From the NCBI GenBank assembly GCA_965208835.1, contig OZ242358.1:1280001-1344000 (forward strand): 64,000 nucleotides of DNA. Reading direction: 5' to 3'. The position numbers and the translations under genes were made by a program. Shown here piece by piece: positions 26,459-36,594 of this stretch (position 1 is its first letter; each line of letters starts with the position of its first letter). The notes below the pieces were generated by a model, which had not been told where the DNA came from, ran no database searches, and saw nothing but the letters and a program-made list of their open reading frames with translations. The stretch comes from Candidatus Latescibacterota bacterium (lineage in GTDB: Bacteria; Latescibacterota; UBA2968; GCA-2709665).

Positions 26459-27709
26459 ATGTATGAGTTCCTGATTGCACGACGGTATCTTCGCTCGATG
26501 CGGCGCCGGAAACGGGTCTCGTTCACGGTGGTGGTGGCGGCGGGGGGCGTGGGTCTGGGCGTCGCGGCGTTGGTGATCGTGTTATCGGTGTCGAACGGAT
26601 TCTCGACGCTGGTATGGGACCGGTTGCTGGGAGTAAACGCACATGCGACGTTGAGGAAGGAGGCAGGGCAGCGGATCGAAGACCCCGGGAAACTCCTGAA
26701 CGCACTGTCCGCCCTTCCGCAGGTTACTGCCGTTTCTCCGTTTGTGGCTTCGGAAGGCGCCCTGTTGCACCGGTCCTTCGACGACGAGGTATATAGCGCG
26801 GGTGTGATGGTGCGGGGCGTAACGCCGGACGGATTGGAGGCGGTAAGCGATCTGGCGGACTATATCTGGGGAGGCGCGCTGGACCTCGGTCCCCGGGAAA
26901 CGGAAGGACGCGGACGGGTATACGGTATCGTAATCGGACGCTATCTCGCCGATCAACTGGGTGTGCGGGTAGGATCCGAAGTGCATCTATGGATCCTGCC
27001 GCATGAGATTTTCGCCGCGCAGACCCGGTTCCGGCGTTATGTGGTCACCGGCATCTTCAATTCGGGCAACCCTGAGTTCGATAGCGGTCTGGCCTATGTC
27101 TCGCTTGCTGCAGCCCGACGGGACCTGGGTTGGGAGAACCACATTACAGGCGTCCGCCTCCGTTTCGGCGATGCGTATCGGGCGCAGGAAATCAGTGCGG
27201 CTGTCGAGGAATCGGTCAGAAGGCTGGATCCGGCGCTTGCCGCGCATCCCTGGATGCGGGACCACGGCAATCTGTATTTTTCGATTCACCTGGAGAAGTG
27301 GGCGAGTTTTCTGGGTATCGGGCTGATCGTTGTGGTGGCCGGCTTCAACATCGTCAGCGTGCTGACCATGAATGTGGCCGAAAGGCGCCGGGAGATTGGC
27401 ATTCTGAAGACCCTTGGGGTGCCGCCGCGACGGATTGGACGGATATTTACCTGGCAGGGTCTGGCTGTGGGGCTGTCCGGCGTGTTGTTTGGAAATCTGG
27501 TGGGTTTTGCCCTGTGCTGGGCGCAGCAGCGGTACGAACTTCTGAAGATTCCGGGAGATGTCCTGATCACGCAGGCGTTGCCCGTGGAGATGCAGGCGTC
27601 TGATTTTCTGGCGATCTCGGCCTCCGCCGCCCTGATCTGCTATCTGTTTACGCTGTTCCCCGCCAGAGACGCCGCTGCGCTGGACCCCGTTGAGGCAATC
27701 AGAGTGTAG
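26459..27709 (+). CDS. LolC/LolE-family ABC permease (paralogue)
   Basis: Same motifs; start MYEFLIARRYL at 26459 after a GGAG SD. Confidence 0.9.
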   Translation: MYEFLIARRYLRSMRRRKRVSFTVVVAAGGVGLGVAALVIVLSVSNGFSTLVWDRLLGVNAHATLRKEAGQRIEDPGKLLNALSALPQVTAVSPFVASEGALLHRSFDDEVYSAGVMVRGVTPDGLEAVSDLADYIWGGALDLGPRETEGRGRVYGIVIGRYLADQLGVRVGSEVHLWILPHEIFAAQTRFRRYVVTGIFNSGNPEFDSGLAYVSLAAARRDLGWENHITGVRLRFGDAYRAQEISAAVEESVRRLDPALAAHPWMRDHGNLYFSIHLEKWASFLGIGLIVVVAGFNIVSVLTMNVAERRREIGILKTLGVPPRRIGRIFTWQGLAVGLSGVLFGNLVGFALCWAQQRYELLKIPGDVLITQALPVEMQASDFLAISASAALICYLFTLFPARDAAALDPVEAIRV

Positions 27710-27771
27710 TCCGGGCAAACGTCCGGGACCGACGCTGACGGTAGAGCGAAAACGGAGCCCGAAAGGGTATA

Positions 27772-27936
27772 ATGGACCCCGATCCCTTCAAATCGTATCC
27801 GCACGGCGACCCCAGGCGTCCACCTTCGAGGGTGTTCCTGGTGCTGCTGGCCGTTGCCGTTGCGATTGCAGTCACTTTGTTCGCCGCCCTCATTGTCTAT
27901 CTGCGCGAGGTCTGGACCGCCCAGCCGCTGGGCTAG
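27772..27936 (+). CDS. Small single-pass membrane protein (54 aa)
   Basis: MDPDPFKSYPHGDPRRPPSRVFLVLLAVAVAIAVTLFAALIVYLREVWTAQPLG; 24-aa hydrophobic stretch preceded by arginines; AAGGG SD; below the ORF-track length cutoff. Confidence 0.6.
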   Translation: MDPDPFKSYPHGDPRRPPSRVFLVLLAVAVAIAVTLFAALIVYLREVWTAQPLG

Positions 27937-27957
27937 CAGTCCGTTGATAAAGTCGCT
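27937..27957 (-). mobile_element. Solo TIR of MITE family A
   Basis: CTAG|CAGTCCGTTGATAAAGTCGCT, identical to the first 21 nt of copy A2. Confidence 0.7.
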
Positions 27958-27974
27958 GCTTGAAGTTAAATGCG

Positions 27975-28004
27975 AAAAGGCCCGGACAGCCGTCCGGGCT
28001 TTTT
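27975..28004. terminator. Bidirectional intrinsic terminator
   Basis: AAAAG-GCCCGGAC-agcc-GTCCGGGC-TTTTT between convergent genes. Confidence 0.8.
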
Positions 28005-28030
28005 AATTTCCTCATAGACGGGAACGCCAT

Positions 28031-28768
28031 TCAGTACGTGGCGCGTCCGCCGCTGACGTCGTAGCACTGACCCGTTGTAAAGGTGGCTTCGTCGGAGGCC
28101 AGAAAGTGTACCAATGCGGCGACCTCGCCGGGTTTGCCGAGGCGGCCCATCGGTATTTTGGACGTGAGAACGGCGGCCCGTTCCGGATCCAGGCTCAGGG
28201 TCATTTCGGTTTCGATGAGTGCGGGCGCGACGCAATTGACCCTTATATTGTCGTCGAGCACCTCCTTTGCCAGTGCTTTCGTGAAACAGATGACACCGGC
28301 TTTGGAGACAGAGTAGGCGGCCATGTTGGCGTTTCCCTCCTTGCCCGAGATCGAGGCGATGGAGACGATCGCACCCCTCTTGCGCTTCGCCATGTGAGGG
28401 ACGACGGCGCGTGAACAGAGGAAGACTCCCTTGAGGTTGGTGCCTATCACCCTGTCCCAGTCTGCTTCGCTCAGGTCCCTCACCGGCGCCTCCGGACCCA
28501 CAACGCCGGCATTATTGACCAGGATATCGATCTGACCGAGGCGGCCCAGAACGGTGTTCACCATGCGGGTCACATCCTCGCTTCCGGATACATCCGCTTT
28601 CAGGGCGAGGCTTATGGTGGAAGACGGGACGGTCGGCGGATCGAGGTCCGCGATGGCGACGGTCGCGCCCGCGGTCGCCAGGCGGTCCGCGATGGCGGAC
28701 CCGATGCCCCTGGCTGCGCCGGTGACGAGGGCAACCCGGCCGGTGAGGTCCATGAACGTCTCTGTCAT
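28031..28768 (-). CDS. Short-chain dehydrogenase/reductase (FabG-like)
   Basis: TGAARGIG, NNAG, YSVSK (YxxxK), IRVNCVAP. Confidence 0.92.
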   Translation of the reverse strand: MTETFMDLTGRVALVTGAARGIGSAIADRLATAGATVAIADLDPPTVPSSTISLALKADVSGSEDVTRMVNTVLGRLGQIDILVNNAGVVGPEAPVRDLSEADWDRVIGTNLKGVFLCSRAVVPHMAKRKRGAIVSIASISGKEGNANMAAYSVSKAGVICFTKALAKEVLDDNIRVNCVAPALIETEMTLSLDPERAAVLTSKIPMGRLGKPGEVAALVHFLASDEATFTTGQCYDVSGGRATY

Positions 28769-28835
28769 GGTTGTTCTCTCAATCGTTTACGTCTAACTTC
28801 GGAAAGAGGTGAGCCGATAGAGGAAAAGCTTGAAA

Positions 28836-28966
28836 TCGGGAAGACGGGAGCCGTGAGCCGTGAGAAGACGTCCTTGCCCCACCGGTTCTTCGTTTATGTC
28901 ACCGACAAGAAGTGAGACCACAAGGGGCAGGAAGTCTCTTGCGTCTCCCCTCTCCCTTCTCACCTC
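28836..28966 (+). repeat. Heptamer-armed element, copy C3 (131 bp)
   Basis: GGGAAGA CGGGAGC CGTGAGC CGTGAGA + 71-bp core + TCTTGCG TCTCCCC TCTCCCT TCTCACC; extra heptamers upstream at 28801-28821. Confidence 0.85.
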
Positions 28967-28979
28967 ACTTAGATTCAGT

Positions 28980-30053
28980 TCAGTCCATGTATTCGATGAG
29001 TTTCCGGTTCGCCCTCGAGAAAGCATAGTCTTCCAGACTCTCAGGCGAGACCCATCTCACGTCAGAGCAGTTGCGCGCGCGCGCCTCTCCGCCCGAATAG
29101 TCGCACTGAAAGGCGTGCATGGTCACGCTGAAATGGGTAAATGCGTGTTTGACGGTTCTGAACCGGTTCCGAACGGCCGCGTCGACGCCGGCTGCCTCGC
29201 GCACGGCGCGAATACAGGTGTCACTCAACGACTCTTCGTCCGCCTGACGTGCCGAGGGGAACTCCCAGAGCCCGCCGAGAAGTCCGTTTTCAGGCCGCCG
29301 GGCAATCAGGACGCAGTCTTTCCGGGATACGATTCCAACGCCCAGGATGTAATGAGGACGCGGTTTCTTTCGTGCTTTGACCGGGAGCGACTCCGCGATG
29401 CCGGCGCGAAAAGCGGCGCAATGTCCGTTTACGGGGCAGGAACCACAGCGGGGCGCTCGCGGTCGGCAGACCGTCGCGCCAAGTTCCATTATCGCCTGGT
29501 TGTGCTCGCCGGCGTCGCCGCTGTGCAGCAGGTTGTCCGCCAGTTTCTGGAGATTCGCTCTGGTGCGGGTTTGGCCCACGTCGTCCTGAATTCCGAAGAG
29601 ACGGCACAGTACGCGGACGACGTTGCCATCGAGTACGGCATAGTCCCGGTCGTAGGCAATGCTCAGGACCGCGGCCGTTGTGTAGGGGCCAAATCCGGGC
29701 AGTGAGGCGAGTTCGTCATAAACATCCGGCACGGCGCCGTCATGCCTGTCCACGATGTACTGGGCTGTCCTGTGGAGATTTCGGGCCCGGGTATAGTATC
29801 CAAGGCCCTCCCAGGCCTTGAGAACCCGGTCCCGCGGCGTACTTGCGAGAGCGTGAACGGTCGGAAAATCTCTCAGGAAACGCGTGTAGTAGGGAATAAC
29901 GGTCTCGACCTGTGTCTGCTGCAGCATGAACTCGGAGAGCAGGACGTGGTATGGATCGGTCGTATCTCGCCACGGAAGATCCCGCTTCTCCCGTCGATAC
30001 CAGGCGAGCAGACCTCGTTTTATCGCCGCACGTTTGGATGGTTTGATCGCCAT
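28980..30053 (-). CDS. mutY: A/G-specific adenine glycosylase
   Basis: RDLPWR, SEFMLQQTQV, WEGLGYY.RARNL, LPGFGPYT, DGNVVRV, 4Fe-4S cysteine motif, NUDIX-like C-terminus. Confidence 0.96.
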   Translation of the reverse strand: MAIKPSKRAAIKRGLLAWYRREKRDLPWRDTTDPYHVLLSEFMLQQTQVETVIPYYTRFLRDFPTVHALASTPRDRVLKAWEGLGYYTRARNLHRTAQYIVDRHDGAVPDVYDELASLPGFGPYTTAAVLSIAYDRDYAVLDGNVVRVLCRLFGIQDDVGQTRTRANLQKLADNLLHSGDAGEHNQAIMELGATVCRPRAPRCGSCPVNGHCAAFRAGIAESLPVKARKKPRPHYILGVGIVSRKDCVLIARRPENGLLGGLWEFPSARQADEESLSDTCIRAVREAAGVDAAVRNRFRTVKHAFTHFSVTMHAFQCDYSGGEARARNCSDVRWVSPESLEDYAFSRANRKLIEYMD

Positions 30054-30071
30054 GTCTTCTGTTGGTGAACC

Positions 30072-30389
30072 TCACGTCGCCGCACCGGGACGGTCTTCTT
30101 TCCGGCGACGTTTCTCTTCGGCAATATCGCTGGCGTGACCCTTGACGACGTCCGGCGGGCTGCTTCTGATCAAATGCTGCAAAGCCAGCAGGAACAACAG
30201 GATATCTTCGCCATATCCCAGGTGGGGGAACAACGCTTCCGGCAACAGGTCCACCGGCGAAATCCCGTAGAGAATGACCAGGTAGACCAGCAGTTTGCTG
30301 TACCACGGTACGCGCGGGTCTTTCATCAGACGCCAGGACAGTCTGATATATTGGGGCAGGCGAAAGAGAATGGAGATGAGGCCGCGCAT
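30072..30389 (-). CDS. YkvA/DUF1232-family membrane protein
   Basis: 'DPRVPWYSK...YGISPVDLLPE...LGYGEDI'. Confidence 0.85.
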   Translation of the reverse strand: MRGLISILFRLPQYIRLSWRLMKDPRVPWYSKLLVYLVILYGISPVDLLPEALFPHLGYGEDILLFLLALQHLIRSSPPDVVKGHASDIAEEKRRRKEDRPGAAT

Positions 30390-30435
30390 GGCAGTAGCGG
30401 TCGGGGTCAGATGGACGCAATACACGTTTTCCTGT

Positions 30436-31428
30436 CTAACCCCTGCCAAGATAGGATCTGACCCTGGGGTGACTCAGCACGTCCGGATTGATGATGTGCG
30501 CGGGTTCCCGACCCTCCAGGGCGTCGGTGACCTGGCCGTAGGTCCTGTGGTCCAGGCGCACCGCCGAAGCGTCGGTCATGCCGGCGTTGTGATTGGTACA
30601 GATGATACGCGGATGCCCCTTGTGGATGGCGCGGGGGCCGTCCACCGGGTCGTCTACAACGTAGTACCAGAGTCGTTCTTCGACAATGGCGCGGTTGACG
30701 GCAACGTCGTCCACCAGAGTTCCCCTCGAGGGGTTGATCAGGGAAGCGTGGGGCGGCATGGCGCAGAGCAGATCGTAGGTGACAATGGCGTCCGCGCCGG
30801 ATACGTGCAGGGAGACGGTGTCGCATTCCCTGAACAGGTCGATTGGATCGCCGACCGGCTCCGCCCCGTACTGCGACGCGAGTTCGGCGATGTCTGGGCG
30901 GACGTCGTAGACGAGCAGGCGCCCCCTGTCGCCCAGAAGCGGTTTCGCGCGTTCGGCGACGGCCTGGCCGATGCGCCCGAATCCGTAAAGGCCAAGCGTG
31001 GTTTCCGCGGCTTCGTAGGTTCTGATGAGAGAGAAGTCGCCGCTGTGGGAGAGCTGGTTCAGGGTGTAGACGCGCTTCAGCGTCGCCATCCACTGGGCAA
31101 TGGTGTATTCGGCCACCGTGACCAGGTGTTCCGGGGCGATGGTGACGATCACGCCGTGTCGTGTGGCCGCATCGAGGTTGACTTTCTCGTAACCGACGCC
31201 CCACCGGGAGATGATTCGCAGGTCCGTTGCGGCTTCGTAGAAGCTCTCGTGAATATGCGAGGAACTCGCGATAACGCCAACCACGCCGTCGGCATCGTCT
31301 TCAGTCAGTTCGCCCGAATAGTAATCCACGTTTGCAAACCTGGCCAGTCCATCCATCCCCTGCCGGCGGCTGTCCGAGTCGAATTCGGGGTTCCGCATGT
31401 TGGCGGACAACAGGATTCTCTTTTGCAT
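30436..31428 (-). CDS. D-isomer specific 2-hydroxyacid dehydrogenase
   Basis: RWGVGYE, GLYGFGRIG, INPSRG, TNHNAG. Confidence 0.88.
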   Translation of the reverse strand: MQKRILLSANMRNPEFDSDSRRQGMDGLARFANVDYYSGELTEDDADGVVGVIASSSHIHESFYEAATDLRIISRWGVGYEKVNLDAATRHGVIVTIAPEHLVTVAEYTIAQWMATLKRVYTLNQLSHSGDFSLIRTYEAAETTLGLYGFGRIGQAVAERAKPLLGDRGRLLVYDVRPDIAELASQYGAEPVGDPIDLFRECDTVSLHVSGADAIVTYDLLCAMPPHASLINPSRGTLVDDVAVNRAIVEERLWYYVVDDPVDGPRAIHKGHPRIICTNHNAGMTDASAVRLDHRTYGQVTDALEGREPAHIINPDVLSHPRVRSYLGRG

Positions 31429-31439
31429 GCATTCCCTCG

Positions 31440-31457
31440 TTTTAAGACAGCTTCTTA
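31440..31457 (-). mobile_element. Solo TIR of MITE family B
   Basis: Minus strand TA-AGAAGCTGTCTTAAAA, matching the ends of 24762-24926. Confidence 0.55.
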
Positions 31458-31463
31458 ATGGTG

Positions 31464-33143
31464 TTACGCGTTCTGCCGATTCACGATTTCCTGTACGATT
31501 TCCCGCAGGACGCTGCGCTGGACCTTTCCCGTGGAAGTCATCGGCAGGCGGTCCGGATCGAACGGTATGGTCTTGAAGGGTGCTTCAAAGGGACTCAGGT
31601 TCGCCACGGCCCCCGCTCGTCCCGCGTCGAGTATACGCCTGGCTGCTTCCACCTGCATTTCGGGCGCCATCCCGTTGCGGAAGACCAGCGCGGCGCAAAC
31701 GTCCTGTCCCCAGCGTTTGTCCTCCAGGCCCGTGACGTAGGCCGCGGCGAGATCGGGAAAGGCTTCCACGAGGGCGTTTTCAACCGCTATAGGCGAGATG
31801 TTCACGCCGCCCTTGATAACGATCTCCTTCTTTCGGCTGTGTACGACGTAGTAATTCCGGCCGCCGATGGTGCGCCGGAGCCCGATATCGCCGGTGTGAA
31901 ACCAGCCGTTCCGGAAGACTTCCTCCGTGGCTCCGGGCTGGTTGAGGTAGCCGCCGGATACGACCGGCCCGCGAACCAGAATTTCACCCGCTTCGCCGGG
32001 CGGCGGATCGCCATCGAGGCGGATATTGTTGTTGTCCAGTTCGACGCCCGCGGCGTTCTGCTCCAGAGCCACCCTGTATTCGTCATCGGGCAGGTCGGGC
32101 GGAACGCCTGTCACCCGCAGGCTGACTTCGGTGGTGCCGTAGCCCTGGATCAGGCGTATCCCGAAGCGATCGTGAAAACGGACGGCGGCGCCCGCGGGAA
32201 CGGGCGCGCTGCCGATCATGATCTTTTGCAGTGCGGAAATGTCGTGTCCGGCCGCGTCGAACGCGTCGGCGTCGGCAAGAAGGTCTCGCATGATCGTCGG
32301 GACGATGCTGCTTGAAGTGGCTTTCTCTTCTGCGATCACAGGCCAGAAATTCGAGGCGCTGTAGCGGGAGTTGAGAATGAGCGTTCCACCGGCCATGAAC
32401 AGCGCTATCGAGAACACGGTTGAATTCACGTGATGCAGCGGCAGGACCAGGCTCAGGCGTTCGTTTCCGTCGAAACGCAGCCACCGGCCGATGCCATCCG
32501 CATTGCTTGCGATGCTCTGCCTTGTGAGCAGGACGCCCTTGGGCTTGCCGGTTGTTCCGGATGTGTAGAGGATGATCCCCGTGGTCTGTTCCCCGATGAC
32601 GTCGCCGCTCCATTCCGGTTCGAGGTCGGTGGACCGATCAACGTCGCCCGACAGCAGGCCGTCCGTGGCCGCAATCGGGATCTCCGGCGCGACCTTCCGC
32701 TCTGAATCCAGGTCGTCAGGGAGGACGCACAGCAATTTGACGTTCGAGTCTTCGAGTTTGTATCGTTTGCGTTCCGGCGTGTCGCGCCTGAGATCCAGCG
32801 GGACCGCGGTCGCGCCAAGGCGGAAGAGTGCCTGGGTGATCAGGAGGACTTCGGGACAATTGGGCATGGCCAGGGATACCCGGTCTCCGGGGCCGATGCC
32901 ATAGTCAACGTGAAGCCGGTCCGTAAGCGCGGCCGTTTGCCGGCTAAGGTCTCCGTACGTGATAATCGACCGTTCTTGCCGGTCCAGGTCGCGGAAGATG
33001 ATGGCCGCGTGATTTTCACCACGCGATGCCCTATGCCGAAGAAGGTGCGTGAAGTTCTTCCAGGGAAAGCGATAGACGTGAGGGCGGCCATTTTTATTAC
33101 ATGTGAAGATCCGTGGGTCCATAGTGATTGAACTGTCGGTCAT
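31464..33143 (-). CDS. Class I adenylate-forming enzyme (acyl-CoA synthetase, MenE-like)
   Basis: YTSGTTGKPKG, GYGTTE, WFHTGD, IKGGVNI, LPMTSTGK. Confidence 0.9.
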   Translation of the reverse strand: MTDSSITMDPRIFTCNKNGRPHVYRFPWKNFTHLLRHRASRGENHAAIIFRDLDRQERSIITYGDLSRQTAALTDRLHVDYGIGPGDRVSLAMPNCPEVLLITQALFRLGATAVPLDLRRDTPERKRYKLEDSNVKLLCVLPDDLDSERKVAPEIPIAATDGLLSGDVDRSTDLEPEWSGDVIGEQTTGIILYTSGTTGKPKGVLLTRQSIASNADGIGRWLRFDGNERLSLVLPLHHVNSTVFSIALFMAGGTLILNSRYSASNFWPVIAEEKATSSSIVPTIMRDLLADADAFDAAGHDISALQKIMIGSAPVPAGAAVRFHDRFGIRLIQGYGTTEVSLRVTGVPPDLPDDEYRVALEQNAAGVELDNNNIRLDGDPPPGEAGEILVRGPVVSGGYLNQPGATEEVFRNGWFHTGDIGLRRTIGGRNYYVVHSRKKEIVIKGGVNISPIAVENALVEAFPDLAAAYVTGLEDKRWGQDVCAALVFRNGMAPEMQVEAARRILDAGRAGAVANLSPFEAPFKTIPFDPDRLPMTSTGKVQRSVLREIVQEIVNRQNA

Positions 33144-33173
33144 CGCAACCGTATGAGGCGTCTGGAAGCTTGA

Positions 33174-34265
33174 TCAGGTCCCGAGGGTTTCGCATCGGGC
33201 CCTGTGGAGAAGATGGTGGTCGGCCAGGACGATCGCGATCATGGATTCGACCATCGGCACCGCGCGGGGGAGGACGCAGGGATCGTGGCGGCCTCGGCCC
33301 GATAACGTGGCGGGTTTACCGTGAATATCTACGGTCTCCTGAGTCCTGAGGATGGTTGCGGTCGGTTTGAATGCGGCACGAATCACGATGTTCTCGCCGT
33401 TGGAGATCCCGCCCTGAATACCGCCCGACCGGTTGGTGCGCGTGCGTATCCTTTCTCCGTCATTGTAGAACGGATCGTTGTGGCTGGAACCGGTGAGTTT
33501 CGTGCCTGCGAAACCTGATCCGATTTCGAATCCCTTGCAGGCCGGCAGAGAAAGGATGGCTTTACCCAGGTTGGCTTCCAGTTTGTCGAATACGGGTTCC
33601 CCGAGGCCAGGCGGCACGTTGCGCGCTACGGCTTCCACGACGCCTCCGAGGGAGTCGCCGTCTTTGCGGGCCTGTTCGATCTGTTCGATCATTTGGTCGG
33701 CGATCCTGGAATCGGGGCAGCGGACGATGTTGGATTCGATCTGGTCACGCGTAACCACATCGGGATCGATGTCTGCCTCCAGACCGCGAACGCGTTTGAC
33801 AAAGGCAAGGACCTCAACTCCCAGCGTTTGATACAGGATTTTTCGCGCAATCGCCCCCGCAGCCACGCGGCCGATTGTCTCTCTTGCACTGGCCCGCCCG
33901 CCGCCTTTCCAGTCGCGAACTCCGTATTTTGCCTGGTAGGTGTAGTCGGCGTGGGAGGGGCGGTATTTTACCCTCATTTCCTCGTAGTCTCTGGATCGGG
34001 CGTCCCGGTTCCGCACAATCAGTGAGATCGGCGTGCCTAGGGTCCTTCCTTCGAAGACACCAGACAGGATTTCGACCCGGTCTTCTTCCTTTCGCTGGGT
34101 GGTAATCCTGCTCTGGCCGGGTCTGCGCCGGTCTAGTTCGGTCTGGATCTCCGCCGACGTTATTTCGAGATTGGGCGGGCAGCCGTCAATTACGACGCCC
34201 ACGCCGCCGCCGTGAGACTCGCCCCAGGTGGTGATGCGAAAGAGGTGACCGAATGTGTTGCCCAT
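33174..34265 (-). CDS. aroC: Chorismate synthase
   Basis: [40 protein letters not shown]. Confidence 0.97.
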   Translation of the reverse strand: MGNTFGHLFRITTWGESHGGGVGVVIDGCPPNLEITSAEIQTELDRRRPGQSRITTQRKEEDRVEILSGVFEGRTLGTPISLIVRNRDARSRDYEEMRVKYRPSHADYTYQAKYGVRDWKGGGRASARETIGRVAAGAIARKILYQTLGVEVLAFVKRVRGLEADIDPDVVTRDQIESNIVRCPDSRIADQMIEQIEQARKDGDSLGGVVEAVARNVPPGLGEPVFDKLEANLGKAILSLPACKGFEIGSGFAGTKLTGSSHNDPFYNDGERIRTRTNRSGGIQGGISNGENIVIRAAFKPTATILRTQETVDIHGKPATLSGRGRHDPCVLPRAVPMVESMIAIVLADHHLLHRARCETLGT

Positions 34266-34343
34266 GCGACGTTCGCTCCTGGCTGAATTCCTCCGGATTT
34301 CCGTCTCGCGCAGCCGTCGTCCCGCCCCGCCGGAAACGGCCTC

Positions 34344-34372
34344 AATTTACCGAATCCACAAATCAGGGTCAA
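34344..34372 (-). promoter_or_regulatory. Sigma70-type promoter for aroC
   Basis: TTGACC-17-TAAATT. Confidence 0.6.
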
Positions 34373-34443
34373 GCAAAAGTCTGTGTGTGAGAACGATTTT
34401 GGCGCAGGGACAGACGTGGCGCAAGCCCCCGACCCGCGACATC

Positions 34444-34472
34444 TTGACAGGGTCGGGACGCGGGCCTATCTT
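34444..34472 (+). promoter_or_regulatory. Sigma70-type promoter for the creatininase-like gene
   Basis: TTGACA-17-TATCTT. Confidence 0.65.
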
Positions 34473-34572
34473 GTGCTCGCCGGGTGTTCTGTCCGGGAAG
34501 CAGATCGCCTGAATTGCCGGGCGGATGTGACGTCTTTCGGGGACGGAACACCGTTCTTCACCGGAGGTCTGC

Positions 34573-35355
34573 ATGGAGGAAAACAACTCGGGTATTCTGG
34601 AAGAAATGACGATCGACCAGGTCCGGGGGCTGAAGCCGGACGTTGCCGTGATTCCGATCGGGTCAACGGAACCGCACGGCCCCGCGCTGCCATACGGTAC
34701 GGACAGCTATCGCGCGGAGGCGATCGCCTACGGCGCCACGCGGGCGGCGAACAGCCTGGGCGGAAGCGTGGTTTGCCTGCCCACCGTCCGGGTCAGCCTG
34801 AACAACAACTTTCGCGCCTTTCCTTTCGCCTGCCGCATGCGCGTGTCAACGTTTATGGCCATGCTGGAGGACCTGGTAAACATGTGCGAGGCGGATGGTA
34901 TCGGGAAGGTGGTATTCGTCAACGCACACGGAGGCAATCCGGACGTGATCCGGGCGGCAATGCGAGATCTGGCCGCCGAAGACGGCGCATTCGTCTGCAT
35001 GATACAGGCGTCTTCCTGTGCGTCGCGGGAAGCGCGTCAGGTCTGCGAGAAGCCCAGCGACCACGCGGGCGAGGAGGAGACGTCTCAAATGCTCTATCTG
35101 CGTCCCGACCTCGTCAATGAAGCGAAGATCGGCGACAATCCGCGGATCCAGCCGTCGCTGGAGGTCCTGACGGAGTTCCAGGTGGATTTCGTCAGGCCCT
35201 GGCATCTTTACATGCCGGCGTCCGCCGGCGGAGACGCAACCCGTGCATCCCGGGAGAAGGGCAGGATCGTAATCGATTCAAGCATTGAGGGTACGGGCAG
35301 GTTTCTGGTCGAACTGTCCAGAGCAGACAGGAATAGCGATTTTCCGTACGCGTAG
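34573..35355 (+). CDS. Creatininase-family amidohydrolase
   Basis: PIGSTEPHG.ALP.GTD, VNAHGGN, DHAGEEETS, GRIV. Confidence 0.9.
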   Translation: MEENNSGILEEMTIDQVRGLKPDVAVIPIGSTEPHGPALPYGTDSYRAEAIAYGATRAANSLGGSVVCLPTVRVSLNNNFRAFPFACRMRVSTFMAMLEDLVNMCEADGIGKVVFVNAHGGNPDVIRAAMRDLAAEDGAFVCMIQASSCASREARQVCEKPSDHAGEEETSQMLYLRPDLVNEAKIGDNPRIQPSLEVLTEFQVDFVRPWHLYMPASAGGDATRASREKGRIVIDSSIEGTGRFLVELSRADRNSDFPYA

Positions 35356-35496
35356 GCGCCGGACTCCCTGTAAGCGTCCCTCCGGCCTGTACGCCGTGTG
35401 CAGAGCAGCGTCGTTCTGCACGGGTACCTTCTGTGCCTTTTGTGGCCAATTTGACTGTTGTCTTTTTTCTAATTGAGGTTAATACCAGAGGAGATC

Positions 35497-36594
35497 ATGG
35501 TAAAATACAGTGACCTGGGGGTAAAGCCCTTCATCAACGCCAGCGGAACGATCACGACCCTCGGCGGAAGTCTGATGCCGGCCGAAGTGCTGGATGCCAT
35601 GCAGGCGGCGGCGGGAGCGTTCGTCGATCTTCCGGAACTGAACGAACAGGCGGGCCGGTACCTGGCAGGAAAGATCGGCGTCGAGTCGGCGTTCGTGTCG
35701 TGCGGCGCGGCAAGCGGCATGCAGCTGTGCGCGGCAGCCTGCCTGACGGGTACGGACGAGAAGAGGGCACGGGCATTGCCGCATACCGAAGGCTGGCGGA
35801 ACGAGTTCGTGGTCAGTCTCGTGGACTCCCATACCTATATTCATCAGGGGATCGAGGTCTGCGGCGGCAGGCTGGTGCGGGTGGGCAGCAGGACCGAGGT
35901 GGCGGTCGGGGACATCCTGGGCGGGATCACGGAGCGGACGGCGGCCGTGGTCCACTTCCTGGGTACGCAGAGTAGGGCGCAGCTCGAAGAGGTGGTTGCC
36001 GGGGCCGACCGGATGGGAGTCCCGGTGGTGGTAGACGCAGCGGCGCAGCTTCCGCCCAGGACAAATCTCACGGAGGTTGCGGGCATCGGCGCGAGCCTTG
36101 TTGTATTCAGCGGCGGCAAGGGTCTTCGGGGCCCCCAGTGTACGGGTCTGGTCCTGGGAAAGGGCGATTACGTGGACGCGGTCCGGTTGAATGCGAGTCC
36201 GTTCAGCGCCGTGGGCCGCGGCATGAAGGTGGGCAAGGAAGAGATCCTCGGGCTGCTGGCGGCGGTGGACCTGTTTCTGGAAGGGAGCGACGAGGAGGAC
36301 CGGACAACCTGGTATCGACAGGCGAAGCGTGTGGTTGAACTCGTGGCGGAGGTACCCGGCGCCACAACGTATGTATTGGGCGAGGGCCAGCAGGCTTCTC
36401 CCGATTTCGCACCCAGGGCGTACGTTGATCTGGATGAAAGTGAAACCCTCCGGGTGATACGGGCGATGCGGGAAGGGGAGCCGCCGGTAGTGGTCCGTTC
36501 AAGCGGGAGTGGAATCGTGGTGGATCCGATGACGCTGACGCCCGGCGATGAGGAGATCGTCGGCCGTCGATTAAAGGAGGAGCTTGGCCGATGA
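35497..36594 (+). CDS. SelA-like/DgaE-family PLP-dependent enzyme
   Basis: LGVKPFINASGTIT.LGGS, VVDAAA, FSGGK..RGPQ..G, GRGMKVGKEE. Confidence 0.85.
   Translation: MVKYSDLGVKPFINASGTITTLGGSLMPAEVLDAMQAAAGAFVDLPELNEQAGRYLAGKIGVESAFVSCGAASGMQLCAAACLTGTDEKRARALPHTEGWRNEFVVSLVDSHTYIHQGIEVCGGRLVRVGSRTEVAVGDILGGITERTAAVVHFLGTQSRAQLEEVVAGADRMGVPVVVDAAAQLPPRTNLTEVAGIGASLVVFSGGKGLRGPQCTGLVLGKGDYVDAVRLNASPFSAVGRGMKVGKEEILGLLAAVDLFLEGSDEEDRTTWYRQAKRVVELVAEVPGATTYVLGEGQQASPDFAPRAYVDLDESETLRVIRAMREGEPPVVVRSSGSGIVVDPMTLTPGDEEIVGRRLKEELGR

Noticed and set aside
35497-36594. Possible true selA serving the selenoprotein
   Set aside because: Shorter than bacterial SelA, has the DgaE-like GRGMKVGKEE signature, and no selB or selC is nearby.
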